Assembly: GCA_023459095.1 (NCBI GenBank)
Contig: JAEWVQ010000148.1
Location: 147-64,146 of the forward strand
Length of the DNA stretch: 64,000 bases
Direction of reading: 5' to 3'
Source: Pseudomonadota bacterium
GTDB lineage: Bacteria; Pseudomonadota; Gammaproteobacteria; Burkholderiales; Rhodocyclaceae
The translations under genes and the position numbers were made by a program. A model generated the notes under the pieces. The model was given only the letters and a program-made list of their open reading frames with translations. It did no database searches and was not told the origin of the DNA. Position 1 is the stretch's first letter; each line of letters begins with the position of its first letter. Shown here in pieces: positions 52,710 through 64,000 of this stretch.

Positions 52710-52725
52710 TTGAACGCCAGTTCAA
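52710..52725. promoter_or_regulatory. perfect 6-4-6 inverted repeat TTGAAC-GCCA-GTTCAA abutting the nuoA ribosome-binding site
   Basis: Read directly from the sequence. It ends 15 nt before the nuoA ATG and overlaps the AAGAGG Shine-Dalgarno by one base. Confidence 0.5.
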
Positions 52726-52740
52726 AGAGGTGTTTGGATC

Positions 52741-53115
52741 ATGCTGGAAAATTATTTTCCCGTCTTGTTGTTCATCCTCGTTGGTCTCGCTATTGGTGTT
52801 GTTCCGGTTGTATTGGGGCGTATCGTCGCTCCCCACCGCCCTGACGGCGAAAAGCTGTCTCCCTATGAGTGCGGATTCGAGGCATTTGAAGATGCTCGGA
52901 TGAAATTCGACGTCCGCTACTATCTCATCGCAATTCTCTTCATTCTTTTCGACCTCGAGATCGCGTTCCTCTTTCCGTGGGCGACGGTCTTTCAGGAATT
53001 CATTGCGGCCGGCGAGCAAGTCTGGTTCGTTTTCGGTTCGGTGATGGTGTTTCTGGCCGTTCTGGTCATCGGTTACATCGTCGAGTGGAAAAACGGTGCG
53101 CTCGACTGGGAGTAA
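52741..53115 (+). CDS. nuoA: NADH-quinone oxidoreductase subunit A
   Basis: [32 protein letters not shown]. Confidence 0.95.
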   Translation: MLENYFPVLLFILVGLAIGVVPVVLGRIVAPHRPDGEKLSPYECGFEAFEDARMKFDVRYYLIAILFILFDLEIAFLFPWATVFQEFIAAGEQVWFVFGSVMVFLAVLVIGYIVEWKNGALDWE

Positions 53116-53118
53116 TGC

Positions 53119-53595
53119 ATGAGCATTGAGGGCGTCTTTCGCGAGGGTTTTGTCACGACCTCGCTCGATGCGGTCATCAACTGGACGCGTACCGGCTCGC
53201 TGTGGCCGATGACTTTCGGTCTGGCCTGCTGTGCGGTGGAGATGATTCATGCCGGGGCTTCCCGTTATGATCTGGATCGCTTTGGCGTGATTTTTCGACC
53301 GAGTCCGCGGCAGTCCGATCTGATGATCGTCGCGGGTACGCTATGCAACAAGATGGCGCCAGCGCTGCGCAAGGTCTACGACCAGATGGCCGAGCCGCGC
53401 TGGGTCATCTCGATGGGGTCCTGTGCGAACGGTGGTGGCTATTACCATTATTCGTATTCCGTCGTGCGTGGCTGTGACCGCATCGTGCCAGTCGATGTCT
53501 ATGTGCCGGGCTGTCCGCCGACCGCCGAGGCCTTGCTCTACGGCATCCTCCAGTTGCAGAACAAGATCAAGCGCACGGCCACGATTGCGCGCTGA
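53119..53595 (+). CDS. nuoB: NADH-quinone oxidoreductase subunit B
   Basis: [25 protein letters not shown]. Confidence 0.97.
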   Translation: MSIEGVFREGFVTTSLDAVINWTRTGSLWPMTFGLACCAVEMIHAGASRYDLDRFGVIFRPSPRQSDLMIVAGTLCNKMAPALRKVYDQMAEPRWVISMGSCANGGGYYHYSYSVVRGCDRIVPVDVYVPGCPPTAEALLYGILQLQNKIKRTATIAR

Positions 53596-53609
53596 CGGAC
53601 ATCTGAATC

Positions 53610-54215
53610 ATGAGTGCCAAACTTGAGCGTTTGTCGCAGGCTTTGCGCGATGTCTTCGGCGAGATCGTGCGGTCCCTGGTGGTCGATCGGGGTGAAATCA
53701 CGATCGAAGTGGCTGCCGCCGACTATCTGCGTGTTGCGCGCACCCTGCGCGATCATGCCGACCTCCATTTCGATCAGTTGATCGACGTTTCCGGGGTCGA
53801 TTATTCGACCTACGGCAACGAGTTGTGGCAAGGCCGTCGGTTCGCGTCGGTGGTGCATCTGCTGTCGATCCGCCACAACTGGCGACTGCGCTTGCGCGCC
53901 TTCGCCGACGATGACGCGTTTCCGGTGTTGGAGTCGCTGTCCGATCTGTGGGCGAGCGCCAACTGGTACGAGCGCGAGGCCTTCGATCTTTACGGCATCC
54001 TCTATGCGGGGCACCCCGATCTGCGTCGTATCCTCACCGACTACGGCTTCGTCGGTCATCCGTTCCGCAAGGATTTCCCGGTTTCCGGCTACGTCGAGAT
54101 GCGCTACGACCCCGAGCAGGGGCGGGTGGTCTATCAGCCGGTGACGATCGAGCCACGTGAGAACACGCCGCGCATCGTGCGCGAAGAGAGCTACGGGGAC
54201 GTCGGTCATGGCTGA
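53610..54215 (+). CDS. nuoC: NADH-quinone oxidoreductase subunit C
   Basis: [26 protein letters not shown]. Confidence 0.95.
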   Translation: MSAKLERLSQALRDVFGEIVRSLVVDRGEITIEVAAADYLRVARTLRDHADLHFDQLIDVSGVDYSTYGNELWQGRRFASVVHLLSIRHNWRLRLRAFADDDAFPVLESLSDLWASANWYEREAFDLYGILYAGHPDLRRILTDYGFVGHPFRKDFPVSGYVEMRYDPEQGRVVYQPVTIEPRENTPRIVREESYGDVGHG

Positions 54216-55461
54216 GATCCGCAATTACACGATCAACTTCGGTCCCCAGCACCCGTCCGCGCACGGCGTGCTGCGTCTGGTGCTCGAACTCGACGGCGAA
54301 GTCGTCGAGCGCGCCGATCCGCATATCGGTCTGCTCCATCGCGGGACCGAGAAACTCGCCGAGACCCGCACCTGGGTGCAGTCGGTCCCCTACATGGATC
54401 GGCTCGACTATGTCTCGATGATGTGCAACGAGCACGCCTATTGCATGGCGATCGAGCGCCTGCTGGGCATCGAGGTGCCGCTCCGCGCCCAGTACATCCG
54501 CGTGATGTTCGACGAGGTCACGCGGGTGCTGAACCATCTGCTGAACATCGGCACTCACGCGCTCGACATCGGCGCGATGACCATGGTGCTGTACACCTTC
54601 CGCGAGCGCGAAGACCTGATGGATGCCTACGAGGCGGTGTCCGGCGCGCGCATGCACGCGGCGTACTACCGTCCGGGCGGCGTGTATCGCGATCTGCCCG
54701 ATCGCATGCCGCAGTACCAGGTGAACAAGTTCAAGAACGCGAAGACGGTGGAAGAGCTCAACGCCAGCCGCCAGGGCTCGCTGCTCGATTTTCTCGAGGA
54801 TTTCACCAACCGCTTCCCGCGCTACTGCGACGAGTACGAGACTCTGCTCACCGACAACCGGATCTGGAAGCAGCGTACCGTGGGCATCGGCGTGGTGTCG
54901 CCGGAGCAGGCGCTGGGCTGGGGTTTTTCCGGGCCGATGCTGCGCGGTTCGGGCATCGCCTGGGATCTGCGCAAGAAGCAGCCCTACGAAGTCTATGATC
55001 GGCTCGATTTCGACATCCCCGTGGGCAAGAACGGCGACTGTTACGACCGTTACCTGTGCCGCATGGAGGAGATGCGTCAGTCGAACCGCATCATCCGCCA
55101 GTGCATCGACTGGCTGCGCGCCAATCCGGGGCCGGTGATCGTCGATAACCACAAGGTTGCGCCGCCGCCGCGCGAGCAGATGAAGGCGAACATGGAAGAG
55201 CTGATTCACCACTTCAAGCTCTTCACCGAAGGGATGCACGTACCGAAGGGCGAAGTCTATGCCGCGGTCGAGCACCCCAAGGGCGAATTCGGCGTCTATG
55301 CGGTGTCCGACGGCGCCAACAAGCCCTACCGCCTGAAGCTGCGCGCCCCGGGCTTCGCTCATCTGGCGGCGATGGACGAGCTTTGTCGCGGACACATGAT
55401 TGCCGACGTCGTCGCCATCATCGGCACCATGGACGTGGTGTTCGGCGAGATCGACCGCTAG
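54208..55461 (+). CDS. nuoD: NADH-quinone oxidoreductase subunit D
   Basis: Track ORF trimmed to ATG 54208 ([24 protein letters not shown]). It overlaps the nuoC stop by 8 nt. Confidence 0.97.
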   Translation: MAEIRNYTINFGPQHPSAHGVLRLVLELDGEVVERADPHIGLLHRGTEKLAETRTWVQSVPYMDRLDYVSMMCNEHAYCMAIERLLGIEVPLRAQYIRVMFDEVTRVLNHLLNIGTHALDIGAMTMVLYTFREREDLMDAYEAVSGARMHAAYYRPGGVYRDLPDRMPQYQVNKFKNAKTVEELNASRQGSLLDFLEDFTNRFPRYCDEYETLLTDNRIWKQRTVGIGVVSPEQALGWGFSGPMLRGSGIAWDLRKKQPYEVYDRLDFDIPVGKNGDCYDRYLCRMEEMRQSNRIIRQCIDWLRANPGPVIVDNHKVAPPPREQMKANMEELIHHFKLFTEGMHVPKGEVYAAVEHPKGEFGVYAVSDGANKPYRLKLRAPGFAHLAAMDELCRGHMIADVVAIIGTMDVVFGEIDR

Positions 55462-55539
55462 GCGCCAGACCCTGCCAGGCCGCCCGCCCGGGCGGCGCGA
55501 AACGAACGGACGCCAGGCTACCAGGAAGAAGAGCACGAC

Positions 55540-56019
55540 ATGCTGAGCCAGGAATCGCTGCAACAGATCGATCGCGAGATCGCCAAGTATCCCCCCGATC
55601 AAAAGCAGTCGGCCGTGATGGCCGCACTGCGTATCGCGCAGGTGGAGAAGGGCTGGCTCGCGCAGGAAACCATCGAGTACGTCGCCGGCTATCTCGGGAT
55701 GCCCGCCATCGCCGCCTACGAGGTGGCGAGTTTCTACAACATGTACGACCTCGCGCCGGTCGGTCGCCACAAGATCACCGTGTGCACCAATCTGCCCTGT
55801 GCGCTGTCGGGCGGCGTGCATGCCGCCGACTACGTCAAGAAGAAGCTCGGCATCGATTTCAACGAAACCACTCCCGACGGCAAGTTCACGCTGAAGGAGG
55901 GTGAGTGCATGGGTGCCTGTGGCGATGCCCCGGTGCTGCTGGTGAGCAATCACCGCATGTGCAGCTGGATGACCACCGACAAGATCGACCAACTGCTGGC
56001 CGAGCTGGATAGCAAATGA
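55540..56019 (+). CDS. nuoE: NADH-quinone oxidoreductase subunit E
   Basis: 2Fe-2S ligands VCTNLPCAL...CMGACGDAP. Confidence 0.95.
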   Translation: MLSQESLQQIDREIAKYPPDQKQSAVMAALRIAQVEKGWLAQETIEYVAGYLGMPAIAAYEVASFYNMYDLAPVGRHKITVCTNLPCALSGGVHAADYVKKKLGIDFNETTPDGKFTLKEGECMGACGDAPVLLVSNHRMCSWMTTDKIDQLLAELDSK

Positions 56020-57335
56020 GCGCGCGCGGACTGATTCTCGCCGGGGTTGACGGCGACCGTACCTGGGGGCTCCAGGATTATCTGGCGCGGGGGGGGTACT
56101 CCGCGTTGAAGAAGATCATCGCCGAAAAGGTCGCCCCCGAGACGATCATCGCCGAGCTCAAGACCTCGGTGCTGCGCGGTCGTGGCGGCGCGGGCTTCCC
56201 GACCGGGCTGAAGTGGAGCTTCATGCCGCGCTCCTTTCCTGGCGACAAGTACCTCGCCTGCAACTCCGACGAAGGCGAACCTGGAACCTTCAAGGACCGC
56301 GACATCCTGCGCTACAACCCGCACACCGTCATTGAGGGAATGACGATCGCGGCCTACGCGATGGGCTGCGCGCGCGGTTACAACTACATTCACGGCGAGA
56401 TCTTCGAGATCTACCAGCGCTTCGAGCAGGCGCTCGACGAAGCCCGTGCCGCCGGTCTGCTCGGGCAGAACATCCTCGGCAGCGACTTCTCCTTCGAGCT
56501 GTTCGCCCACCACGGTTACGGCGCCTACATCTGCGGCGAGGAAACCGCGCTGCTCGAATCGATCGAAGGCAAGAAAGGCCAACCGCGCTTCAAGCCGCCG
56601 TTCCCGGCGAGCTACGGCCTGTACGGCAAGCCGACGACGATCAACAACACCGAAACCTTCGCTTCGGTGCCCTTCATCGTCAACATGGGCGGCGAGGCCT
56701 TCCTGAACCTGGGCAAGCCGAACAATGGCGGCACCAAGCTGTTCTCGGTGTCCGGCCACGTCAACCGTCCGGGCAACTACGAGATCGAACTCGGCACGCC
56801 GTTCTCCGAGCTGCTGGAAATGGCCGGCGGCATGCGCGGCGGGCGCAAGCTCAAGGGCGTGATCCCCGGCGGCTCGTCGTCGCCGGTGGTGCCCGGCGCG
56901 GTGATGATGGACTGCACGATGGACTATGACTCGATCTCCAAGGCCGGCTCCATGCTGGGCTCTGGCGCGGTCATCGTCATGGACGAGACCACCTGCATGG
57001 TCAAGGCGCTCGAGCGTCTGTCCTACTTCTACTTCGAGGAATCGTGCGGGCAATGCACGCCGTGCCGCGAAGGCACCGGCTGGCTGTACCGCGTGGTGCA
57101 TCGCATCGAGAACGGTCTCGGGCGCGCGGACGACCTCGACCTGCTCAACTCGGTCACCGGCAACATCATGGGCCGCACCATCTGCGCACTCGGCGACGCT
57201 GCCTCGATGCCGGTGCAAAGCTTCATCAAGCATTTCGGTGCCGAGTTCGAATACCACATCGAAAACAAGAAATGTCTCGTGCCGCCTGAAGTCCAGTACG
57301 CAGGCAGCCAAATCTACGTGAGCCCCTCATGCTAG
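56016..57335 (+). CDS. nuoF: NADH-quinone oxidoreductase subunit F
   Basis: [22 protein letters not shown]. Confidence 0.97.
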   Translation: MSARGLILAGVDGDRTWGLQDYLARGGYSALKKIIAEKVAPETIIAELKTSVLRGRGGAGFPTGLKWSFMPRSFPGDKYLACNSDEGEPGTFKDRDILRYNPHTVIEGMTIAAYAMGCARGYNYIHGEIFEIYQRFEQALDEARAAGLLGQNILGSDFSFELFAHHGYGAYICGEETALLESIEGKKGQPRFKPPFPASYGLYGKPTTINNTETFASVPFIVNMGGEAFLNLGKPNNGGTKLFSVSGHVNRPGNYEIELGTPFSELLEMAGGMRGGRKLKGVIPGGSSSPVVPGAVMMDCTMDYDSISKAGSMLGSGAVIVMDETTCMVKALERLSYFYFEESCGQCTPCREGTGWLYRVVHRIENGLGRADDLDLLNSVTGNIMGRTICALGDAASMPVQSFIKHFGAEFEYHIENKKCLVPPEVQYAGSQIYVSPSC

Positions 57336-59674
57336 AGATCGAAATCGACGGTCAGCAGTTGCAGGTGCCGGACGGCAGCACCGTCATGGATGCCGCCGCT
57401 CAGGCCGGGTCCTACATCCCGCATTTTTGCTACCACAAGAAGCTGTCCATCGCGGCCAACTGCCGGATGTGCCTGGTCCAGGTCGAGAAGGCGCCCAAGC
57501 CGCTGCCAGCGTGCGCCACCCCGGTGACCAACGGCATGAAGGTGTGGACGCACTCCGAACAGGCGGTGAAGGCACAGAAGGGGGTGATGGAGTTCCTGCT
57601 CATCAACCATCCGCTCGACTGTCCGATCTGCGATCAGGGTGGCGAGTGCCAGCTCCAGGATCTCGCCGTCGGTTACGGCGGCAGCCAGTCGCGCTATCAG
57701 GAAGAAAAGCGCGTGGTGTTCAACAAGAACCTCGGCGCGCTGGTCTCCACCGACATGACCCGGTGCATCAACTGCACCCGCTGCGTGCGCTTCACCACCG
57801 AGATCGCCGGCGAGATGGAACTCGGTCAGGCTTTCCGTGGCGAGCACGCCGAGATCATGCCCTTCGTCGAGAAGACGGTGGATTCCGAGCTTTCCGGCAA
57901 CATCATCGACCTGTGTCCGGTTGGTGCGCTGACCTCGAAGCCGTTCCGCTTTTCGGCGCGGACCTGGGAGCTGGCGCGGCGCAAGTCGGTGAGCCCGCAC
58001 GATGCGCTCGGCTCCAACTTGATCGTCCAGACCAAGCACGATGTGGTCAAGCGTGTGCTGCCGCTGGAGAACGAGGCGATCAACGAGTGCTGGCTGTCCG
58101 ACAAGGACCGCTTTTCCTATGAGGCGCTCGTCAGCGATGAACGCCTTACCGCGCCGATGATCAAGCAGGGCGGGGCGTGGAAGCAGGTGGATTGGCAGAC
58201 CGCGCTGGAGTTTGTCGCCACCGGCGTGCGCGGCATCGTCCGCGATTTCGGTCCGTCGGCGCTCGGCGCGTTGGCCTCGCCGCACGCCACCGTCGAAGAG
58301 CTGTATCTGCTGCAGAAGCTCGCGCGCGGCGTGGGTTCCGACAACGTCGATTTCCGCCTGCGCCAGCGCGATTTCCGCGCCGACGGCAAGCGCGCCGGGG
58401 CGCCGTGGCTGGGCATGCCGATTGCCGGCGTCGCCGAACTGAACCGCCTGCTGGTGGTCGGCAGCTTCCTGCGCAAGGATGCGCCGCTTCTCGCCCAACG
58501 TGTGCGTCAGGCCGCGAAGCGCGGGCTGCACGTCAGTGCGCTCGGGCCGAATGCCGAGGAATGGCTGATTCCGGTGCGCAATCGCGCGCAGGTGGCGCCG
58601 TCGGCGATGGTCGATGCGCTCGCCCAGGTGGTGGTCGCGCTCGCCGAAGCCAAGGGCACCGAGCTCTCTTCCGCGGTCGCCGCACTGCTGCCGGCATCCG
58701 GTTTCGCACCGGTGGCCGCTGAGGCGCGCGCCATTGCGCAGAGCCTCGCCAGCGGCGAGAAGGTTGCGGTCTGGCTGGGCAATCTGGCCGTGCAGCATGC
58801 GCGTGCCGCCGAACTCGAACTGCTCGCGCAGGAGATTGCCCGCCTCACCGGCGGCATCGCCGGCACGATCGGCGAGGCGGCGAACAGCGTCGGCGGTTAT
58901 CTGGCGGGGGCGCTGCCGGCGGCCGGCGGCCTTGATGCGCGCGCCATGATCGAGCAGCCGCGCAAGGCATACGTGGTGTTCGGCGCCGAGCCCGATCTCG
59001 ATTTCGCCGACGGTGTCGCAGCGATGAATGCGCTGTCGGCTGCGCAACTGGTCGTTGCCCTGTCAGCCTTCGACAGCCGCGCGCTGCGCGAGGTCGCCGA
59101 CGTGCTGTTGCCGGTGGCCCCGTTCGCGGAGACCTCCGGGACCTTCGTCAATACCGCGGGAACGGCGCAGAGCTTCAACGCCGTGGCGCGGCCCTTGGGT
59201 GAGACCCGGCCGGGCTGGAAGGTGCTGCGCGTGCTCGGCAACCTGCTCGAGCTCGACGGCTTCGGGTTCGACGATTCCGAAGCGGTGCGCGCCGAGGCGC
59301 TGGCTGGCGACATCGCCGCGCGCCTCGATAACGGCGTGGCCGCCATCGAACCGGGTGCCGCGCTCGCCCCGAGTGGGCTTGAGCGCATCGCCGACGTGCC
59401 GATCTATTTTGCCGACGCACTGGTGCGCCGCGCGCCTGCGTTGCAGAAGACCAAGGACGCTCGTGCGCCGCTCGCGCGCCTGGCACCGGCCACGCTCGCC
59501 GCGCTGGGCATTGTCGCCGGCGAGCGCGTGCGCGTCACCGGCGCGGGCGCGGTGGAGCTGACTGCGATCGCCGACGACGCGGTGGCCGCAGGCTGTGTGT
59601 GGATTGCTGCGGCGCATGCGTCGACCGCGGCGCTCGGTGCGATGAGTGGTGAACTCAGGGTGGAGCGAGTCTGA
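57329..59674 (+). CDS. nuoG: NADH-quinone oxidoreductase subunit G
   Basis: N-terminal 2Fe-2[16 protein letters not shown], then [14 protein letters not shown] and [10 protein letters not shown]. 781 aa. Confidence 0.97.
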   Translation: MLEIEIDGQQLQVPDGSTVMDAAAQAGSYIPHFCYHKKLSIAANCRMCLVQVEKAPKPLPACATPVTNGMKVWTHSEQAVKAQKGVMEFLLINHPLDCPICDQGGECQLQDLAVGYGGSQSRYQEEKRVVFNKNLGALVSTDMTRCINCTRCVRFTTEIAGEMELGQAFRGEHAEIMPFVEKTVDSELSGNIIDLCPVGALTSKPFRFSARTWELARRKSVSPHDALGSNLIVQTKHDVVKRVLPLENEAINECWLSDKDRFSYEALVSDERLTAPMIKQGGAWKQVDWQTALEFVATGVRGIVRDFGPSALGALASPHATVEELYLLQKLARGVGSDNVDFRLRQRDFRADGKRAGAPWLGMPIAGVAELNRLLVVGSFLRKDAPLLAQRVRQAAKRGLHVSALGPNAEEWLIPVRNRAQVAPSAMVDALAQVVVALAEAKGTELSSAVAALLPASGFAPVAAEARAIAQSLASGEKVAVWLGNLAVQHARAAELELLAQEIARLTGGIAGTIGEAANSVGGYLAGALPAAGGLDARAMIEQPRKAYVVFGAEPDLDFADGVAAMNALSAAQLVVALSAFDSRALREVADVLLPVAPFAETSGTFVNTAGTAQSFNAVARPLGETRPGWKVLRVLGNLLELDGFGFDDSEAVRAEALAGDIAARLDNGVAAIEPGAALAPSGLERIADVPIYFADALVRRAPALQKTKDARAPLARLAPATLAALGIVAGERVRVTGAGAVELTAIADDAVAAGCVWIAAAHASTAALGAMSGELRVERV

Positions 59675-60723
59675 TGGAAGCGATGCTGCAACCGGTGGCC
59701 GAGCTGTTCGGCCCTGCCTGGCCGGCGGTGTGGACCCTGGTCAAGATCGTCGCGATCGTCGCGCCCCTGATGATCTGCGTCGCCTACCTGACGTATTTCG
59801 AGCGCAAGGTGATCGGTTACATGCAGGTGCGGATCGGCCCCAACCGGGTCGGCCCCGCCGGGCTGCTGCAGCCGATCGCCGACGGCGTCAAGCTGCTGCT
59901 CAAGGAAATCATCGTGCCGAGCGGCGCGAGCAAGGGCCTGTTCATCATCGGACCCATCCTCGCCATCGCACCGTCGCTGGCGGCGTGGGCGGTGATCCCG
60001 TTCGACGACGGCATGGTGCTCGCCAATGTCAATGCCGGCCTGCTGTTCCTGCTCGCGATCACCTCGATGGAAGTCTATGGGGTGATCGTCGCCGGCTGGG
60101 CGTCGAACTCCAAGTACGCCTTCCTCGGCGCGATGCGTGCGGCTGCGCAGATGGTGTCCTACGAGGTGTCGATGGGCTTCGCGCTGATCTGCGTGCTGCT
60201 GATTTCGGCCAGCCTCAACCTCACCGACATCGTCACCTCGCAGGGTACCGGCCGCTTCGCCGACATGGGCCTGGGTTTCCTGTCGTGGAACTGGCTGCCG
60301 CTGCTGCCTATGTTCGTGGTGTACGTGATCTCGGGCATCGCCGAAACCAACCGCGCGCCGTTCGACGTCGTCGAAGGTGAAGCCGAAGTGGTCGCCGGCC
60401 ACATGGTCGAGTACTCCGGCATGGCGTTCGCGCTGTTCTTCCTCGCCGAGTACGCGAACATGATCCTGGTGTCGATCCTGACCTCGGTTCTGTTCCTCGG
60501 CGGCTGGCTCTCACCGGTGGGCTTCCTGCCCGACGGCTTCTTCTGGCTGGCGCTCAAGACGGCCTTCATCCTGCTGCTGTTCCTGTGGGCGCGCGCGACC
60601 TTCCCCCGTTTCCGCTACGACCACATCATGCGGCTGGGCTGGAAGGTATTCATTCCCGTCACCCTCGTCTGGGTGGTGGTGGTGGCGGTGTGGATGATGT
60701 CCCCGCTGTCGATCTGGAAGTGA
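59674..60723 (+). CDS. nuoH: NADH-quinone oxidoreductase subunit H
   Basis: [30 protein letters not shown]. Confidence 0.97.
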   Translation: MEAMLQPVAELFGPAWPAVWTLVKIVAIVAPLMICVAYLTYFERKVIGYMQVRIGPNRVGPAGLLQPIADGVKLLLKEIIVPSGASKGLFIIGPILAIAPSLAAWAVIPFDDGMVLANVNAGLLFLLAITSMEVYGVIVAGWASNSKYAFLGAMRAAAQMVSYEVSMGFALICVLLISASLNLTDIVTSQGTGRFADMGLGFLSWNWLPLLPMFVVYVISGIAETNRAPFDVVEGEAEVVAGHMVEYSGMAFALFFLAEYANMILVSILTSVLFLGGWLSPVGFLPDGFFWLALKTAFILLLFLWARATFPRFRYDHIMRLGWKVFIPVTLVWVVVVAVWMMSPLSIWK

Positions 60724-60724
60724 G

Positions 60725-61222
60725 GTGCTGAAGATCATGGGTGCCAAGGATTACATCGGCAGTCTGTTCCTGAAGGAACTGTTGAAGGGGATGGCGCTGA
60801 CCGGGCGTCACTTCTTCCAGCGCAAGATCACCGTGCAGTTCCCCGAGGAGAAGACGCCGCAGAGCGCGCGCTTCCGCGGCCTGCACGCCCTGCGCCGCTA
60901 TCCGAACGGCGAGGAGCGCTGCATCGCGTGCAAGCTGTGCGAGGCGATCTGCCCGGCGATGGCGATCACCATCGAGTCGGATCAGCGTGACGACGGCTCG
61001 CGCCGCACCACGCGCTACGACATCGACCTCACCAAGTGCATCTTCTGCGGTTTCTGCGAGGAGGCCTGTCCGGTCGATGCCATCGTCGAGACGCGGGTGT
61101 TCGAGTATCACGGCGAGCAGCGCGGCGATCTCTACTACACCAAGCAGATGCTGCTGGCAGTGGGCGATCGCCACGAGGCGCAGATCGCCGCCGACCGCGA
61201 GCAGGAAGCCAAGTACCGCTAA
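60725..61222 (+). CDS. nuoI: NADH-quinone oxidoreductase subunit I
   Basis: Two 4Fe-4S motifs, [12 protein letters not shown] and [12 protein letters not shown]. The start is either GTG 60725 or ATG 60737. Confidence 0.95.
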   Translation: MLKIMGAKDYIGSLFLKELLKGMALTGRHFFQRKITVQFPEEKTPQSARFRGLHALRRYPNGEERCIACKLCEAICPAMAITIESDQRDDGSRRTTRYDIDLTKCIFCGFCEEACPVDAIVETRVFEYHGEQRGDLYYTKQMLLAVGDRHEAQIAADREQEAKYR

Positions 61223-61255
61223 GGGGAGGGCGCCCGCGGGCGCCGCGCACAGAAC

Positions 61256-61858
61256 ATGGAATTCAAGACCTTCGTCTTCTACTTTCTCGCCGTGATCATG
61301 GTGTTCGCGGCGTTGAGGGTGATCACCGCACGCAACCCGGTGCACGCGGCGCTGTTCCTGGTGCTGACCTTCTTCAACGCCGGCGGCATCTGGCTGCTGC
61401 TCCACGCCGAGTTTCTCGCCATCACCCTGGTCATGGTCTATGTCGGCGCGGTGATGGTGCTGTTCCTGTTCGTGGTGATGATGCTCGACATCAATATCGA
61501 CCGCGTTCGCCAGGGGTTCTGGAGTTATCTGCCGGTGGGCGCGCTGATCGGCGTGCTGATGGTGATCGAAATGGCGATGGTGCTCGGCGGCCGCTACTTC
61601 GGCCTCGATGCGATGCCCGCGCCGCCCTCGCTGCAGGCTGGCTACAGCAACACGCGCGAACTGGGCCGCGTGCTGTACACCGACTACGTCTATCCGTTCG
61701 AGCTCGCCTCGCTGGTGCTGCTGGTGGCGATGATCGCCGCGGTGTCGCTGACCCTGCGCAAGCGCAAGGGCACCAAGGCCATTGACCCGGCCCTCCAGGT
61801 CGCGGTCAAGCGCGAGGGCCGCGTCGAGTTGGTGAAGATGCAGGCCGAGAAGGAATAA
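61256..61858 (+). CDS. nuoJ: NADH-quinone oxidoreductase subunit J
   Basis: NPVHAALFLVLTFFNAGGIWLLL. Confidence 0.95.
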   Translation: MEFKTFVFYFLAVIMVFAALRVITARNPVHAALFLVLTFFNAGGIWLLLHAEFLAITLVMVYVGAVMVLFLFVVMMLDINIDRVRQGFWSYLPVGALIGVLMVIEMAMVLGGRYFGLDAMPAPPSLQAGYSNTRELGRVLYTDYVYPFELASLVLLVAMIAAVSLTLRKRKGTKAIDPALQVAVKREGRVELVKMQAEKE

Positions 61859-61917
61859 CCCACAGGCGCGAACAAGAACCGTGCCGGCCTGCCGCCGGCG
61901 CGATCAGGGAGTCATAG

Positions 61918-62223
61918 ATGCTTTCGCTTTCCCACTACCTCATTCTGGGCGCGATCCTGTTCGCGATCAGCGTGGTCGGGATCTTCCTCAACCGGAAGAA
62001 CCTCATCGTCCTGCTGATGGCCATCGAGTTGATGCTGCTCGCGGTCAACCTGAACTTCGTCGCGTTCTCCCACTACCTGGGCGACATCGCGGGCCAGGTC
62101 TTCGTTTTCTTCATCCTCACCGTGGCGGCCGCGGAATCGGCAATCGGCCTCGCCATTCTGGTCGTGCTGTTCCGCAATCTGCGCACGATCCATGTGGATG
62201 ATCTGGACAGCCTCAAGGGTTAA
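61918..62223 (+). CDS. nuoK: NADH-quinone oxidoreductase subunit K
   Basis: [16 protein letters not shown] and [13 protein letters not shown]. Confidence 0.95.
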   Translation: MLSLSHYLILGAILFAISVVGIFLNRKNLIVLLMAIELMLLAVNLNFVAFSHYLGDIAGQVFVFFILTVAAAESAIGLAILVVLFRNLRTIHVDDLDSLKG

Positions 62224-62235
62224 GGAAGCGTCACG

Positions 62236-64000
62236 ATGACGGACATGCAGAAGCTCTATCTCCTCGTGCCGCTGGCGCCGCTGGCCGGCGCCATCCTCGC
62301 CGGCCTGTTCGGCCGGCTGATCGGCCGCACCGGAGCCCACCTCGTCACCATTCTCGGCGTGGCGGTCGCGCTCGGCGCCTCGGTGGTGATCTATCAGGAC
62401 GTGGCCGCCGGCAACACCTTCAACGGCACGATCTACACCTGGATGCAGGCCGGCGGCCTGACCTTCGAGGTCGGCTTCCTGATCGACTCGCTGACCGTGA
62501 TGATGATGCTGGTAGTGACCTTCGTGTCGCTGATGGTGCACCTCTACACCATCGGCTACATGCACGACGACCCCGGCTACCAGCGCTTCTTCAGCTACAT
62601 CTCGCTGTTTACGTTCTCGATGCTGATGCTGGTGATGTCCAACAACTTCCTGCAGCTGTTCTTCGGCTGGGAAGCGGTGGGCCTCGTTTCCTATCTGCTG
62701 ATCGGTTTCTGGTACGAGCGGCCGACCGCGATCTACGCCAACCTCAAGGCCTTCCTGGTCAACCGCGTCGGTGACTTCGGCTTCCTGCTCGGCATCGGCC
62801 TGATCGCAGCCTACGCCGGCAGCCTCAACTACGCCGAAGTGTTCGCCAAGGCCGGCGAACTGGCGGCGCAGGACATGGCGGTTACCGGCTGGCCGCTGAT
62901 CACCGCGATCTGCATCTGCCTGTTCATCGGCGCGATGGGCAAATCCGCCCAGGTACCGCTGCACGTCTGGCTGCCGGATTCGATGGAAGGCCCGACCCCG
63001 ATCTCGGCGCTGATCCACGCCGCAACCATGGTCACCGCGGGCATCTTCATGGTGGCGCGCATGTCGCCGCTGTTCGAGCTGTCTGAAGCGGCGCTCTCCT
63101 TCGTGCTGGTGATCGGTGCGACCACCGCGCTGTTCATGGGCTTCCTCGGCATCGTGCAGAACGACGTCAAGCGCGTGGTGGCCTATTCGACGCTCTCCCA
63201 GCTCGGTTACATGACCGTCGCCCTCGGCGTCTCGGCCTACTCGGCGGCGGTGTTCCACCTGATGACCCACGCCTTCTTCAAGGCTCTGCTGTTCCTCGGC
63301 GCCGGTTCGGTGATCATGGGCAAGCACCACGATCAGGACATGCGCAACATGGGCGGGCTGTGGAAGTACATGCCGGTGACCTGGTTCACCTCGCTGCTCG
63401 GTTCGCTCGCGCTGATCGGTTTCCCGCTGTTCTCCGGCTTCTATTCCAAGGATTCGATCATCGAGGCGGTGCACGCGTCGACGATCCCTGGCGCCGGCTA
63501 CGCGCTGTTCTGTGTCCTGCTGGGTGTGTTCGTCACCGCGTTCTACTCGTTCCGGATGTATTTCCTGGTGTTCCATGGCAAGGAGCGCTTCGGCAACGCC
63601 CATGCGCATGACCACCACGGCGACCACGACGACGAGGAACCGAGCGCCGACCATCACCACGGCCTTGCCCCCGGGCAGAAGCCCCACGAGTCGCCCTGGG
63701 TGGTCACCGTGCCGCTGGTGCTGCTGGCGATTCCGTCGGTGCTGATCGGTTTCTTCACCATCGAGCCGATGCTGTTCGGCGAATGGTTCAAGGGTGTGAT
63801 CTTTGTCGGCGACAACCACGTCGGCCTGAGCGAACTCGCCGCGAGCTTCCACGGCCCGCTGGCGATGGCGGTGCACGGCCTGCAGACCGCGCCGTTCTGG
63901 CTGGCGATGGGCGGTGTCGCGGTGGCGTGGTTCTTCTACATGGTCAAGCCGGAGATTCCGGCGGCGATCCAGCGCACCTTCAAGCCGCTGCACACCTTGC
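62236..64000 (+). CDS. nuoL: NADH-quinone oxidoreductase subunit L (3-prime end beyond the window)
   Basis: ATG at 62236 (MTDMQKLYLLVPLAPLAGA). FGWEAVGLVSYLLIGFW and WLPDSMEGPTPISALIHAATMVTAG are present. It is not in the ORF track because there is no stop in the window. The track minus ORF 61912..63993 is its antisense shadow. Confidence 0.95.
   Translation, partial: MTDMQKLYLLVPLAPLAGAILAGLFGRLIGRTGAHLVTILGVAVALGASVVIYQDVAAGNTFNGTIYTWMQAGGLTFEVGFLIDSLTVMMMLVVTFVSLMVHLYTIGYMHDDPGYQRFFSYISLFTFSMLMLVMSNNFLQLFFGWEAVGLVSYLLIGFWYERPTAIYANLKAFLVNRVGDFGFLLGIGLIAAYAGSLNYAEVFAKAGELAAQDMAVTGWPLITAICICLFIGAMGKSAQVPLHVWLPDSMEGPTPISALIHAATMVTAGIFMVARMSPLFELSEAALSFVLVIGATTALFMGFLGIVQNDVKRVVAYSTLSQLGYMTVALGVSAYSAAVFHLMTHAFFKALLFLGAGSVIMGKHHDQDMRNMGGLWKYMPVTWFTSLLGSLALIGFPLFSGFYSKDSIIEAVHASTIPGAGYALFCVLLGVFVTAFYSFRMYFLVFHGKERFGNAHAHDHHGDHDDEEPSADHHHGLAPGQKPHESPWVVTVPLVLLAIPSVLIGFFTIEPMLFGEWFKGVIFVGDNHVGLSELAASFHGPLAMAVHGLQTAPFWLAMGGVAVAWFFYMVKPEIPAAIQRTFKPLHTL

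Noticed and set aside
52100-54200. GC trough over secG, tRNA-Leu and nuoA-C. My hand count for the first 240 nt of nuoA is 121/240, about 50% GC, against 46/60 (about 77%) in one segment of the cytochrome gene.
   Set aside because: Hand counts of other core genes are also low. The first 60 nt of ftsH are about 50% GC and a nuoG segment is about 58%. This looks like codon or amino-acid bias of membrane or highly expressed core genes rather than foreign DNA. A sliding-window GC and codon-adaptation analysis would settle it.

Overview
This is a high-GC betaproteobacterial chromosomal segment. Gene order and protein similarity suggest Rhodocyclales (Azoarcus/Aromatoleum/Thauera type), but that is a guess from reading the sequence. 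I call about 60 protein genes and 2 tRNAs (Pro-CGG, Leu-GAG).

Most of the window is conserved housekeeping. It contains rhlE (partial), rlmM, a Tas-like reductase, ugpB-ugpQ, ispB, mltB-like, ubiG, ompA-family, mtaD-like, hrcA-hemH-trxC, nadK, recN, fur/bamE, dapB, carAB-greA, yhbY/rlmE-ftsH-folP-glmM, pstSCAB, tpiA-secG-tRNA-Leu and nuoA to nuoL (nuoL runs off the right edge).

The only accessory-looking stretch is about 7.4-20.5 kb, which starts right after tRNA-Pro. It holds a formylglycine-type sulfatase, a LysR regulator, an octaheme cytochrome c fused to HEAT/TPR repeats, a PsiF-repeat protein, two coupled lipoproteins (one FlgO/LpoB-like), lrgAB plus a BT1-family transporter, a Gate-domain membrane protein and a chemoreceptor.

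I saw no CRISPR array, transposase, integrase, toxin-antitoxin pair or recognisable defence gene. I did not find a convincing multi-gene novel system. The best leads are:
- a soluble Hanks kinase fused to a non-canonical cNMP-binding-like domain, lying tail-to-tail with a leaderless DxDxDG calcium-loop protein
- the octaheme-HEAT-TPR cytochrome with its PsiF partner
- the translationally coupled lipoprotein pair
- several perfect palindromes and one tandem repeat in regulatory positions

Many long ORFs in the supplied track are antisense shadows typical of high-GC DNA and were rejected. Several track ORFs were trimmed to internal starts that I checked against the nucleotide sequence.
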